From assembly GCA_964016885.1 (NCBI GenBank), contig OZ024741.1, positions 31,992,001 to 32,056,000 on the forward strand: a DNA stretch of 64,000 nucleotides, given 5' to 3'. Shown piece after piece: positions 17,039 through 32,220 of the stretch. This stretch comes from Eledone cirrhosa (lineage: Eukaryota). Numbering within the stretch: the stretch's first letter is position 1; the number at the start of each line of letters is the position of its first letter. Under the pieces are notes generated by a model that was given only the letters and a program-made list of their open reading frames with translations, had not been told where the DNA came from and searched no databases. The translations under genes and the position numbers were made by a program.

Positions 17039-20000
17039 ACCAACCCCAGTATCGTCAAGATACCTCACTCTGACACCAACACCAGTATCGTCAAGATACC
17101 TCACTCTGACACCAACACCAGTATCGTCAAGATACCTCACTCTGACACCAACACCAGTATCGTCAAGATACCTCACTCTGACACCAACACCAGTATCGTC
17201 AAGATACCTCACCCTGACACCAACACCAGTATCGTCAAGATACCTCACTCTGACACCAACACCAGTATCGTCAAGATACCTCACCCTGACACCAACACCA
17301 GTATCGTCAAGATACCTCACTCTGACAACATCACCAATATCGTCAAGATACCTCACTCTGACAACATCACCAATATCGTCAAGATACCTCACTCTGACAC
17401 CAACACCAGTATCGTCAAGATACCTCACTCTGACACCAACACCAGTATCGTCAAGATACCTCACCCTGACAGCAACACCAGTATCGTCAAGATACCTCAC
17501 TCTGACAACAGCACCAATATCGTCAAGATACCTCACTCTGACAACATCACCAATATCATCAAGATACCTCACTCTGACACCAACCCCAGTATCGTCAAGA
17601 TACCTCACTCTGACACCAACACCAGTATCGTCAAGATACCTCACTCTGACACCAACACCAGTATCGTCAAGATACCTCACTCTGACACCAACACCAGTAT
17701 CGTCAAGATACCTCACTCTGACACCAACACCAGTATCGTCAAGATACCTCACCCTGACACCAACACCAGTATCGTCCAGATACCTCACCCTGACACCAAC
17801 ACCAGTATCGTCAAGATACCTCACTCTGACACCAACACCAGTATCGTCAAGATACCTCACTCTGACAACATCACCAATATCGTCAAGATACCTCACTCTG
17901 ACACCAACACCAGTATCGTCAAGGTACCTCACTCTGACACCAACACCAGTATCGTCAAGATACCTCACTCTGACACCAACACCAGTATCGTCAAGATACC
18001 TCACTCTGACACCAACACCACTATCGTCAAGATACCTCACTCTGACAACATCACCAGTATCGTCAAGATACCTCACTCTGACACCAACACCACTATAGTC
18101 AAGATACCTCACTCTGACACCAACACCAGTATCGTCAAGATACCTCACCCTGACACCAACACCAGTATCGTCAAGATACCTCACTCTGACACCAACACCA
18201 GTATCGTCAAGATACCTCACCCTGACACCAACACCAGTATCGTCAGGAAACCTCACCCTGACACCAACACCAGTATCGTCAGGATACCTCACTCTGACAG
18301 CAACCCCAGTATCGTCAAGATACCTCATCCTGACACCAACACCAGTATCGTCAAGATACCTCACTCTGACACCAACGCCAGTATCGTCAAGATACCTCAC
18401 CCTGACACCAACACCAGTATCGTCAACATACCTCACTCTGACACCAACCCCAGTATCGTCAAGATACCTCAATCTGACACCAACACCAGTATCGTCAAGA
18501 TACCTCACCCTGACACCAACACCAGTATCGTCAAGATACCTCACCCTGACACCATCACCAGTATCGTCAAGATACCTCACTCTGACACCAACACCAGTAT
18601 CGTCAAGATACCTCACTCTGACACCAACACCAGTATCGTCAAGATACCTCACCCTGACACCAACACCAGTATCGTCAAGATACCTCACTCTGACACCAAC
18701 ACCAGTATCGTCAAGATACCTCACCCTGACACCAACACCAGTATCGTCAAGATACCTCACTCTGACAACATCACCAATATCGTCAAGATACCTCACTCTG
18801 ACAACATCACCAATATCGTCAAGATACCTCACTCTGACACCAACCCCAGTATCGTCAAGATACCTCACTCTGACACCAACACCAGTATCGTCAAGATACC
18901 TCACTCTGACACCAACACCAGTATCGTCAAGATACCTCACTCTGACACCAACACCAGTATCGTCAAGATACCTCACTCTGACACCAACACCAGTATCGTC
19001 AAGATACCTCACTCTGACAACATCTGCAGTATCGTCAAGATACCTCACTCTGACACCAACACCAGTATCGTCAAGCTACCTCACTCTGACAACATCACCA
19101 GTATCGTCAAGATACCTCACTCTGACACCAACACCAGTATCGTCAAGATACCTCACTCTGACACCAACACCAGTATCGTCAAGATACCTCACTCTGACAA
19201 CATCACCAGTATCGTCAAGATACCTCACTCTGACACCAACACCAGTATCGTCAAGATACCTCACTCTGACACCAACCCCAGTATCGTCAAGATACCTCAC
19301 TCTGACACCAACACCAGTATCGTCAAGATACCTCACCCTGACAACAACACCAGTATCGTCAGGACACCTCACTCTGACACCAACACCAGTATCGTCATGA
19401 TACCTCACTCTGACACCAACACCAGTATCGTCAAGATACCTCACTCTGACAACATCACCAGTAACGTCAAGATACCTCACTCTGACACCAACACCAGTAT
19501 CGTCAAGATACCTCACTCTGACACCAACACCAGTATCGTCAAGATACCTCACTCTGACACCAACACCAGTATCGTCAAGATACCTCACTCTGACACCAAC
19601 ACCAGTATCGTCAAGATACCTCACTCTGACACCATCCCCAGTATCGTCAAGATACCTCACTCTGACACCAACACCAGTATCGTCAAGATACCTCACTCTG
19701 ACATCAACACCAGTATCGTCAAGATACCTCACTCTGACACCAACACCAGTATCGTCAAGATACCTCACCCTGACACCAACACCAGTATCGTCAAGATACC
19801 TCACCCTGACACCAACACCAGTATCGTCAAGATACCTCACTCTGACACCAACACCAGTATCGACAAGATACCTCACTCTGACAACATCACCAATATCGTC
19901 AAGATACCTCACTCTGACAACATCACCAATATCGTCAAGATACCTCACTCTGACACCAACACCAGTATCGTTAAGATACCTCACTCTGACACCAACACCA

Positions 20001-20491
20001 GTATCGTCAAGATACCTCACTCTGACACCAACACCAGTATCGTCAAGATACCTCACTCTGACACCAACACCAGTATCGTCAAGATACCTCACTCTGACAA
20101 CATCACCAGTATCGTCAAGATACCTCACCCTGACACCAACACCAGTATCGTCAAGATACCTCACTCTGACACCAACACCAGTATCGTCAAGATACCTCAC
20201 CCTGACACCAACACCAGTATCGTCAAGATACCTCACTCTGACACCAACACCAGTATCGTCAAAATACCTCACCCTGACACTAACACCAGTATCGTCAGGA
20301 TACCTCACCCTGACACCAACACCAGTATCGTCAGGATACCTCACTCTGACACCAACCCCAGTATCGTCAAGATACATAACTCTGACACCAACACCAGTAT
20401 CGTCAAGATACCTCACTCTGACACCAATCCCAGTATCGTTATGATAACTCACTCTGACACCAACACCAGTATCTTCAACATACCTCACTCT

Positions 20492-20493
20492 GC
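20492..20493. other. 1-bp deletion monomer, copy 3 of 3; last register shift in the window
   Basis: cactctgcaccaacccc preceded by CTTCAACATAC. The register is constant from here to 64000. Confidence 0.95.
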
Positions 20494-23400
20494 ACCAACC
20501 CCAGTATCGTCAAGATACCTCACTCTGACACCAACACCAGTATCGTCAAGATACCTCACTCTGACACCAACACCAGTATCGTCAAGATACCTCACTCTGA
20601 CACCAACACCAGTATCGTCAAGATACCTCACTCTGACACCAACACCAGTATCGTCAAGATACCTCACCCTGACACCAACACCAGTATCGTCAAGATACCT
20701 CACTCTGACACCAACACCAGTATCGTCAAGATACCTCACCCTGACACCAACACCAGTATCGTCAAGATACCTCACTCTGACAACATCACCAATATCGTCA
20801 AGATACCTCACTCTGACAACATCACCAATATCGTCAAGATACCTCACTCTGACACCAACACCAGTATCGTCAAGATACCTCACTCTGACACCAACACCAG
20901 TATCGTCAAGATACCTCACCCTGACACCAACACCAGTATCGTCAAGATACCTCACTCTGACAACAGCACCAATATCGTCAAGATACCTCACTCTGACAAC
21001 ATCACCAATATCGTCAAGATACCTCACTCTGACACCAACCCCAGTATCGTCAAGATACCTCACTCTGACACCAACACCAGTATCGTCAAGATACCTCACT
21101 CTGACACCAACACCAGTATCGTCAAGATACCTCACTCTGACACCAACACCAGTATCGTCAAGATACCTCACTCTGACACCAACACCAGTATCGTCAAGAT
21201 ACCTCACCCTGACACCAACACCAGTATCGTCCAGATAGCTCACCCTGACACCAACACCAGTATCGTCAAGATACCTCACTCTGACACCAACACCAGTATC
21301 GTCAAGATACCTCACTCTGACAACATCACCAATATCGTCAAGATACCTCACTCTGACAACATCACCAATATCGTCAAGATACCTCACTCTGACACCAACA
21401 CCAGTATCGTCAAGGTACCTCACTCTGACACCAACACCAGTATCGTCAAGATACCTCACTCTGACACCAACACCAGTATCGTCAAGATACCTCACTCTGA
21501 CACCAACACCACTATCGTCAAGATACCTCACTCTGACAACATCACCAGTATCGTCAAGATACCTCACTCTGACACCAACACCACTATAGTCAAGATACCT
21601 CACTCTGACACCAACACCAGTATCGTCAAGATACCTCACCCTGACACCAACACCAGTATCGTCAAGATACCTCACTCTGACACCAACACCAGTATCGTCA
21701 AGATACCTCACCCTGACACCAACACCAGTATCGTCAGGAAACCTCACCCTGACACCAACACCAGTATCGTCAGGATACCTCACTCTGACAGCAACCCCAG
21801 TATCGTCAAGATACATAACTCTGACATCAACACCAGTATCGTCAAGATACCTCACTCTGACACCAACACCAGTATCGTCAAGATACCTCACCCTGACACC
21901 AACACCAGTATCGTCAAGATACCTCACTCTGACACCAACACCAATATCGTCAAGATACATCACTCTGACAACATCACCAGTATCGTCAAGATACCTCACT
22001 CTGACAATATCTCCAGTATCATCAAGATACCTCACTCTGACACCAACACCAGTATCGTCAAGATACCTCACTCTGACACCAACACCAGTATCGTCAAGAT
22101 ACCTCACTCTGACACCATCACCAGTATAGTCAAAATACCTCACTCTGACAACATCACCAGTATCGTCAAGATACCTCACCCTGACACCAACACCAATATC
22201 GTCAAGATACATCACTCTGACAACATCACCAGTATCGTCAAGATACCTCACTCTGACAATATCACCAGTATCGCCAAGATACCTCACTGTGACACCAACA
22301 CCAGTATCGTCAAGATACCTCACTCTGACAACATCACCAGTAGCGTCAAGATACCTCACTCTGACACCAACACCAGTATCGTCAAGATACCTCACTCTGA
22401 CACCAACACCAGTATCGTCAAGATACCTCACTCTGACACCAACCCCAGTATCGTCAAGATACCTCACTCTGACACCAACACCAGTATCGTCAACATACCT
22501 CACTCTGACACCAACACCAGTATCGTCAAGATACCTCACTCTGACACCAACACCAGTATCGTCAAGATACCTCACCCTGACACCAACACCAGTATCGTCA
22601 AGATACCTCACTCTGACACCAACACCAGTATCGTCAAGATACCTCACCCTGACACCAACACCAGTATCGTCAAGATACCTCACTCTGACAACATCACCAA
22701 TATCGTCAAGATACCTCACTCTGACAACATCACCAATATCGTCAAGATACCTCACTCTGACACCAACACCAGTATCGTCAAGATACCTCACTCTGACACC
22801 AACACCAGTATCGTCAAGATACCTCACCCTGACAGCAACACCAGTATCGTCAAGATACCTCACTCTGACAACAGCACCAATATCGTCAAGATACCTCACT
22901 CTGACAACATCACCAATATCGTCAAGATACCTCACTCTGACACCAACCCCAGTATCGTCAAGATACCTCACTCTGACACCAACACCAGTATCGTCAAGAT
23001 ACCTCACTCTGACACCAACACCAGTATCGTCAAGATACCTCACTCTGACACCAACACCAGTATCGTCAAGATACCTCACTCTGACACCAACACCAGTATC
23101 GTCAAGATACCTCACCCTGACACCAACACCAGTATCGTCCAGATACCTCACCCTGACACCAACACCAGTATCGTCAAGATACCTCACTCTGACACCAACA
23201 CCAGTATCGTCAAGATACCTCACTCTGACAACATCACCAATATCGTCAAGATACCTCACTCTGACAACATCACCAATATCGTCAAGATACCTCACTCTGA
23301 CACCAACACCAGTATCGTCAAGGTACCTCACTCTGACACCAACACCAGTATCGTCAAGATACCTCACTCTGACACCAACACCAGTATCGTCAAGATACCT

Positions 23401-23499
23401 CACTCTGACACCAACACCACTATCGTCAAGATACCTCACTCTGACAACATCACCAGTATCGTCAAGATACCTCACTCTGACACCAACACCACTATAGTC

Positions 23500-25110
23500 A
23501 AGATACCTCACTCTGACACCAACACCAGTATCGTCAAGATACCTCACCCTGACACCAACACCAGTATCGTCAAGATACCTCACTCTGACACCAACACCAG
23601 TATCGTCAAGATACCTCACCCTGACACCAACACCAGTATCGTCAGGAAACCTCACCCTGACACCAACACCAGTATCGTCAGGATACCTCACTCTGACAGC
23701 AACCCCAGTATCGTCAAGATACCTCATCCTGACACCAACACCAGTATCGTCAAGATACCTCACTCTGACACCAACGCCAGTATCGTCAAGATACCTCACC
23801 CTGACACCAACACCAGTATCGTCAACATACCTCACTCTGACACCAACCCCAGTATCGTCAAGATACCTCAATCTGACACCAACACCAGTATCGTCAAGAT
23901 ACCTCACCCTGACACCAACACCAGTATCGTCAAGATACCTCACCCTGACACCATCACCAGTATCGTCAAGATACCTCACTCTGACACCAACACCAGTATC
24001 GTCAAGATACCTCACTCTGACACCAACACCAGTATCGTCAAGATACCTCACCCTGACACCAACACCAGTATCGTCAAGATACCTCACTCTGACACCAACA
24101 CCAGTATCGTCAAGATACCTCACCCTGACACCAACACCAGTATCGTCAAGATACCTCACTCTGACAACATCACCAATATCGTCAAGATACCTCACTCTGA
24201 CAACATCACCAATATCGTCAAGATACCTCACTCTGACACCAACCCCAGTATCGTCAAGATACCTCACTCTGACACCAACACCAGTATCGTCAAGATACCT
24301 CACTCTGACACCAACACCAGTATCGTCAAGATACCTCACTCTGACACCAACACCAGTATCGTCAAGATACCTCACCCTGACACCAACACCAGTATCGTCA
24401 AGATACCTCACTCTGACACCAACACCAGTATCGTCAAGATACCTCACCCTGACACCAACACCAGTATCGTCAGGAAACCTCACCCTGACACCAACACCAG
24501 TATCGTCAGGATACCTCACTCTGACAGCAACCCCAGTATCGTCAAGATACCTCATCCTGACACCAACACCAGTATCGTCAAGATACCTCACTCTGACACC
24601 AACGCCAGTATCGTCAAGATACCTCACCCTGACACCAACACCAGTATCGTCAACATACCTCACTCTGACACCAACCCCAGTATCGTCAAGATACCTCAAT
24701 CTGACACCAACACCAGTATCGTCAAGATACCTCACCCTGACACCAACACCAGTATCGTCAAGATACCTCACCCTGACACCATCACCAGTATCGTCAAGAT
24801 ACCTCACTCTGACACCAACACCAGTATCGTCAAGATACCTCACTCTGACACCAACACCAGTATCGTCAAGATACCTCACCCTGACACCAACACCAGTATC
24901 GTCAAGATACCTCACTCTGACACCAACACCAGTATCGTCAAGATACCTCACCCTGACACCAACACCAGTATCGTCAAGATACCTCACTCTGACAACATCA
25001 CCAATATCGTCAAGATACCTCACTCTGACAACATCACCAATATCGTCAAGATACCTCACTCTGACACCAACCCCAGTATCGTCAAGATACCTCACTCTGA
25101 CACCAACACC
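23500..25110. repeat. Higher-order tandem duplication, period 828 bp (23 monomers); ends approximate
   Basis: GGAAAC variant at 23645 and 24473. Each is followed by the identical series GACAGC, CATCCT, AACGCC, CAACATAC, CAATCT. Confidence 0.85.
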
Positions 25111-27869
25111 AGTATCGTCAAGATACCTCACCCTGACACCAACACCAGTATCGTCAAGATACCTCACTCTGACAACAGCACCAATATCGTCAAGATACCT
25201 CACTCTGACAACATCACCAATATCGTCAAGATACCTCACTCTGACACCAACCCCAGTATCGTCAAGATACCTCACTCTGACACCAACACCAGTATCGTCA
25301 AGATACCTCACTCTGACACCAACACCAGTATCGTCAAGATACCTCACTCTGACAACATCACCAGTATCGTCAAGATACCTCACTCTGACACCAACACCAG
25401 TATCGTCAAGATACCTCACTCTGACACCAACCCCAGTATCGTCAAGATACCTCACTCTGACACCAACACCAGTATCGTCAAGATACCTCACCCTGACAAC
25501 AACACCAGTATCGTCAGGACACCTCACTCTGACACCAACACCAGTATCGTCATGATACCTCACTCTGACACCAACACCAGTATCGTCAAGATACCTCACT
25601 CTGACAACATCACCAGTAACGTCAAGATACCTCACTCTGACACCAACACCAGTATCGTCAAGATACCTCACTCTGACACCAACACCAGTATCGTCAAGAT
25701 ACCTCACTCTGACACCAACACCAGTATCGTCAAGATACCTCACTCTGACACCAACACCAGTATCGTCAAGATACCTCACTCTGACACCATCCCCAGTATC
25801 GTCAAGATACCTCACTCTGACACCAACACCAGTATCGTCAAGATACCTCACTCTGACATCAACACCAGTATCGTCAAGATACCTCACTCTGACACCAACA
25901 CCAGTATCGTCAAGATACCTCACCCTGACACCAACACCAGTATCGTCAAGATACCTCACCCTGACACCAACACCAGTATCGTCAAGATACCTCACTCTGA
26001 CACCAACACCAGTATCGACAAGATACCTCACTCTGACAACATCACCAATATCGTCAAGATACCTCACTCTGACAACATCACCAATATCGTCAAGATACCT
26101 CACTCTGACACCAACACCAGTATCGTCAAGATACCTCACTCTGACACCAACACCAGTATCGTCAAGATACCTCACTCTGACACCAACACCAGTATCGTCA
26201 AGATACCTCACTCTGACACCAACACCAGTATCGTCAAGATACCTCACCCTGACACCAACACCAGTATCGTCAAGATACCTCACTCTGACACCAACACCAG
26301 TATCGTCAAGATACCTCACCCTGACACCAACACCAGTATCGTCAAGATACCTCACTCTGACAACATCACCAATATCGTCAAGATACCTCACTCTGACAAC
26401 ATCACCAATATCGTCAAGATACCTCACTCTGACACCAACACCAGTATCGTCAAGATACCTCACTCTGACACCAACACCAGTATCGTCAAGATACCTCACC
26501 CTGACACCAACACCAGTATCGTCAAGATACCTCACTCTGACAACATCACCAATATCGTCAAGATACCTCACTCTGACACCAACACCAGTATCGTCAAGAT
26601 ACCTCACTCTGACACCAACACCAGTATCGTCAAGATACCTCACTCTGACACCAACACCAGTATCGTCAAGATACCTCACTCTGACACCAACACCAGTATC
26701 GTCAAGATACCTCACCCTGACACCAACACCAGTATCGTCAAGATACCTCACTCTGACACCAACACCAGTATCGACAAGATACCTCACTCTGACAACATCA
26801 CCAATATCGTCAAGATACCTCACTCTGACAACATCACCAATATCGTCAAGATACCTCACTCTGACACCAACACCAGTATCGTCAAGATACCTCACTCTGA
26901 CACCAACACCAGTATCGTCAAGATACCTCACTCTGACACCAACACCAGTATCGTCAAGATACCTCACTCTGACACCAACACCAGTATCGTCAAGATACCT
27001 CACCCTGACACCAACACCAGTATCGTCAAGATACCTCACTCTGACACCAACACCAGTATCGTCAAGATACCTCACCCTGACACCAACACCAGTATCGTCA
27101 AGATACCTCACTCTGACAACATCACCAATATCGTCAAGATACCTCACTCTGACAACATCACCAATATCGTCAAGATACCTCACTCTGACACCAACACCAG
27201 TATCGTCAAGATACCTCACTCTGACACCAACACCAGTATCGTCAAGATACCTCACCCTGACACCAACACCAGTATCGTCAAGATACCTCACTCTGACAAC
27301 AGCACCAATATCGTCAAGATACCTCACTCTGACAACATCACCAATATCGTCAAGATACCTCACTCTGACACCAACCCCAGTATCGTCAAGATACCTCACT
27401 CTGACACCAACACCAGTATCGTCAAGATACCTCACTCTGACACCAACACCAGTATCGTCAAGATACCTCACTCTGACACCAACACCAGTATCGTCAAGAT
27501 ACCTCACTCTGACACCAACACCAGTATCGTCAAGATACCTCACCCTGACACCAACACCAGTATCGTCCAGATAGCTCACCCTGACACCAACACCAGTATC
27601 GTCAAGATACCTCACTCTGACACCAACACCAGTATCGTCAAGATACCTCACTCTGACACCAACACCAGTATCGTCAAGATACCTCACTCTGACACCAACA
27701 CCAGTATCGTCAAGATACCTCACCCTGACACCAACACCAGTATCGTCAAGATACCTCACTCTGACACCAACACCAGTATCGTCAAGATACCTCACCCTGA
27801 CACCAACACCAGTATCGTCAAGATACCTCACTCTGACAACATCACCAATATCGTCAAGATACCTCACTC

Positions 27870-30480
27870 TGACACCAACACCAGTATCGTCAAGATACCT
27901 CACTCTGACACCAACACCAGTATCGTCAAGATACCTCACCCTGACACCAACACCAGTATCGTCAAGATACCTCACTCTGACAACAGCACCAATATCGTCA
28001 AGATACCTCACTCTGACAACATCACCAATATCGTCAAGATACCTCACTCTGACACCAACCCCAGTATCGTCAAGATACCTCACTCTGACACCAACACCAG
28101 TATCGTCAAGATACCTCACTCTGACACCAACACCAGTATCGTCAAGATACCTCACTCTGACACCAACACCAGTATCGTCAAGATACCTCACTCTGACACC
28201 AACACCAGTATCGTCAAGATACCTCACCCTGACACCAACACCAGTATCGTCCAGATAGCTCACCCTGACACCAACACCAGTATCGTCAAGATACCTCACT
28301 CTGACACCAACACCAGTATCGTCAAGATACCTCACTCTGACAACATCACCAATATCGTCAAGATACCTCACTCTGACAACATCACCAATATCGTCAAGAT
28401 ACCTCACTCTGACACCAACACCAGTATCGTCAAGGTACCTCACTCTGACACCAACACCAGTATCGTCAAGATACCTCACTCTGACACCAACACCAGTATC
28501 GTCAAGATACCTCACTCTGACACCAACACCACTATCGTCAAGATACCTCACTCTGACAACATCACCAGTATCGTCAAGATACCTCACTCTGACACCAACA
28601 CCACTATAGTCAAGATACCTCACTCTGACACCAACACCAGTATCGTCAAGATACCTCACCCTGACACCAACACCAGTATCGTCAAGATACCTCACTCTGA
28701 CACCAACACCAGTATCGTCAAGATACCTCACCCTGACACCAACACCAGTATCGTCAGGAAACCTCACCCTGACACCAACACCAGTATCGTCAGGATACCT
28801 CACTCTGACAGCAACCCCAGTATCGTCAAGATACATAACTCTGACATCAACACCAGTATCGTCAAGATACCTCACTCTGACACCAACACCAGTATCGTCA
28901 AGATACCTCACCCTGACACCAACACCAGTATCGTCAAGATACCTCACTCTGACACCAACACCAGTATCGTCAAGATACCTCACTCTGACACCAACACCAA
29001 TATCGTCAAGATACATCACTCTGACAACATCACCAGTATCGTCAAGATACCTCACTCTGACAATATCTCCAGTATCATCAAGATACCTCACTCTGACACC
29101 AACACCAGTATCGTCAAGATACCTCACTCTGACACCAACACCAGTATCGTCAAGGTACCTCACTCTGACACCAACACCAGTATCGTCAAGATACCTCACT
29201 CTGACACCAACACCAGTATCGTCAAGATACCTCACTCTGACACCAACACCAGTATCGTCAAGATACCTCACTCTGACACCAACACCAGTATCGTCAAGAT
29301 ACCTCACCCTGACACCAACACCAGTATCGTCAAGATACCTCACTCTGACAACAGCACCAATATCGTCAAGATACCTCACTCTGACAACATCACCAATATC
29401 GTCAAGATACCTCACTCTGACACCAACCCCAGTATCGTCAAGATACCTCACTCTGACACCAACACCAGTATCGTCAAGATACCTCACTCTGACACCAACA
29501 CCAGTATCGTCAAGATACCTCACTCTGACACCAACACCAGTATCGTCAAGATACCTCACTCTGACACCAACACCAGTATCGTCAAGATACCTCACCCTGA
29601 CACCAACACCAGTATCGTCCAGATAGCTCACCCTGACACCAACACCAGTATCGTCAAGATACCTCACTCTGACACCAACACCAGTATCGTCAAGATACCT
29701 CACTCTGACAACATCACCAATATCGTCAAGATACCTCACTCTGACAACATCACCAATATCGTCAAGATACCTCACTCTGACACCAACACCAGTATCGTCA
29801 AGGTACCTCACTCTGACACCAACACCAGTATCGTCAAGATACCTCACTCTGACACCAACACCAGTATCGTCAAGATACCTCACTCTGACACCAACACCAC
29901 TATCGTCAAGATACCTCACTCTGACAACATCACCAGTATCGTCAAGATACCTCACTCTGACACCAACACCACTATAGTCAAGATACCTCACTCTGACACC
30001 AACACCAGTATCGTCAAGATACCTCACCCTGACACCAACACCAGTATCGTCAAGATACCTCACTCTGACACCAACACCAGTATCGTCAAGATACCTCACC
30101 CTGACACCAACACCAGTATCGTCAGGAAACCTCACCCTGACACCAACACCAGTATCGTCAGGATACCTCACTCTGACAGCAACCCCAGTATCGTCAAGAT
30201 ACATAACTCTGACATCAACACCAGTATCGTCAAGATACCTCACTCTGACACCAACACCAGTATCGTCAAGATACCTCACCCTGACACCAACACCAGTATC
30301 GTCAAGATACCTCACTCTGACACCAACACCAGTATCGTCAAGATACCTCACTCTGACACCAACACCAATATCGTCAAGATACATCACTCTGACAACATCA
30401 CCAGTATCGTCAAGATACCTCACTCTGACAATATCTCCAGTATCATCAAGATACCTCACTCTGACACCAACACCAGTATC
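27870..30480. repeat. Higher-order tandem duplication, period 1,368 bp (38 monomers); ends approximate
   Basis: CCAGATAGCT at 28251 and 29619. AAGGTAC, CCACTATAG, GGAAAC and AATATCTCCAGTATCATC recur at the same offset. Confidence 0.85.
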
Positions 30481-31789
30481 GTCAAGATACCTCACTCTGA
30501 CACCAACACCACTATCGTCAAGATACCTCACTCTGACAACATCACCAGTATCGTCAAGATACCTCACTCTGACACCAACACCACTATAGTCAAGATACCT
30601 CACTCTGACACCAACACCAGTATCGTCAAGATACCTCACCCTGACACCAACACCAGTATCGTCAAGATACCTCACTCTGACACCAACACCAGTATCGTCA
30701 AGATACCTCACCCTGACACCAACACCAGTATCGTCAGGAAACCTCACCCTGACACCAACACCAGTATCGTCAGGATACCTCACTCTGACAGCAACCCCAG
30801 TATCGTCAAGATACCTCATCCTGACACCAACACCAGTATCGTCAAGATACCTCACTCTGACACCAACGCCAGTATCGTCAAGATACCTCACCCTGACACC
30901 AACACCAGTATCGTCAACATACCTCACTCTGACACCAACCCCAGTATCGTCAAGATACCTCAATCTGACACCAACACCAGTATCGTCAAGATACCTCACC
31001 CTGACACCAACACCAGTATCGTCAAGATACCTCACCCTGACACCATCACCAGTATCGTCAAGATACCTCACTCTGACACCAACACCAGTATCGTCAAGAT
31101 ACCTCACTCTGACACCAACACCAGTATCGTCAAGATACCTCACCCTGACACCAACACCAGTATCGTCAAGATACCTCACTCTGACACCAACACCAGTATC
31201 GTCAAGATACCTCACCCTGACACCAACACCAGTATCGTCAAGATACCTCACTCTGACAACATCACCAATATCGTCAAGATACCTCACTCTGACAACATCA
31301 CCAATATCGTCAAGATACCTCACTCTGACACCAACCCCAGTATCGTCAAGATACCTCACTCTGACACCAACACCAGTATCGTCAAGATACCTCACTCTGA
31401 CACCAACACCAGTATCGTCAAGATACCTCACTCTGACACCAACACCAGTATCGTCAAGATACCTCACTCTGACACCAACACCAGTATCGTCAAGATACCT
31501 CACTCTGACAACATCTGCAGTATCGTCAAGATACCTCACTCTGACACCAACACCAGTATCGTCAAGCTACCTCACTCTGACAACATCACCAGTATCGTCA
31601 AGATACCTCACTCTGACACCAACACCAGTATCGTCAAGATACCTCACTCTGACACCAACACCAGTATCGTCAAGATACCTCACTCTGACAACATCACCAG
31701 TATCGTCAAGATACCTCACTCTGACACCAACACCAGTATCGTCAAGATACCTCACTCTGACACCAACCCCAGTATCGTCAAGATACCTC

Positions 31790-32220
31790 ACTCTGACACC
31801 AACACCAGTATCGTCAAGATACCTCACCCTGACAACAACACCAGTATCGTCAGGACACCTCACTCTGACACCAACACCAGTATCGTCATGATACCTCACT
31901 CTGACACCAACACCAGTATCGTCAAGATACCTCACTCTGACAACATCACCAGTAACGTCAAGATACCTCACTCTGACACCAACACCAGTATCGTCAAGAT
32001 ACCTCACTCTGACACCAACACCAGTATCGTCAAGATACCTCACCCTGACAACAACACCAGTATCGTCAGGACACCTCACTCTGACACCAACACCAGTATC
32101 GTCATGATACCTCACTCTGACACCAACACCAGTATCGTCAAGATACCTCACTCTGACAACATCACCAGTAACGTCAAGATACCTCACTCTGACACCAACA
32201 CCAGTATCGTCAAGATACCT
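31790..32220. repeat. Short higher-order tandem duplication, period 216 bp (6 monomers)
   Basis: The series GGACAC / GTCATG / GTAACG starts at 31853 and again at 32069. Confidence 0.8.

Larger units (their letters stand above)
14870..21800. repeat. Higher-order tandem duplication, period 3,455 bp (96 monomers minus 1 bp); a third copy of the block lies 7,488 bp upstream (about 7380-10850); ends approximate
   Basis: CTGCAG variant at 8081/15569/19024 and the deletion at 9549/17037/20492 both give spacings of 7488 and 3455. Confidence 0.88.

Noticed and set aside
1035-21238. Two-domain proteins (IPHSD repeats fused to YLTLTPTPVSSR repeats; 3350, 1763 and 613 aa) or programmed frameshifting
   Set aside because: The domain switch is just the 1-bp deletion moving between two frames of the same monomer. 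There is no slippery heptamer, and the ORFs end at sporadic variant stops.
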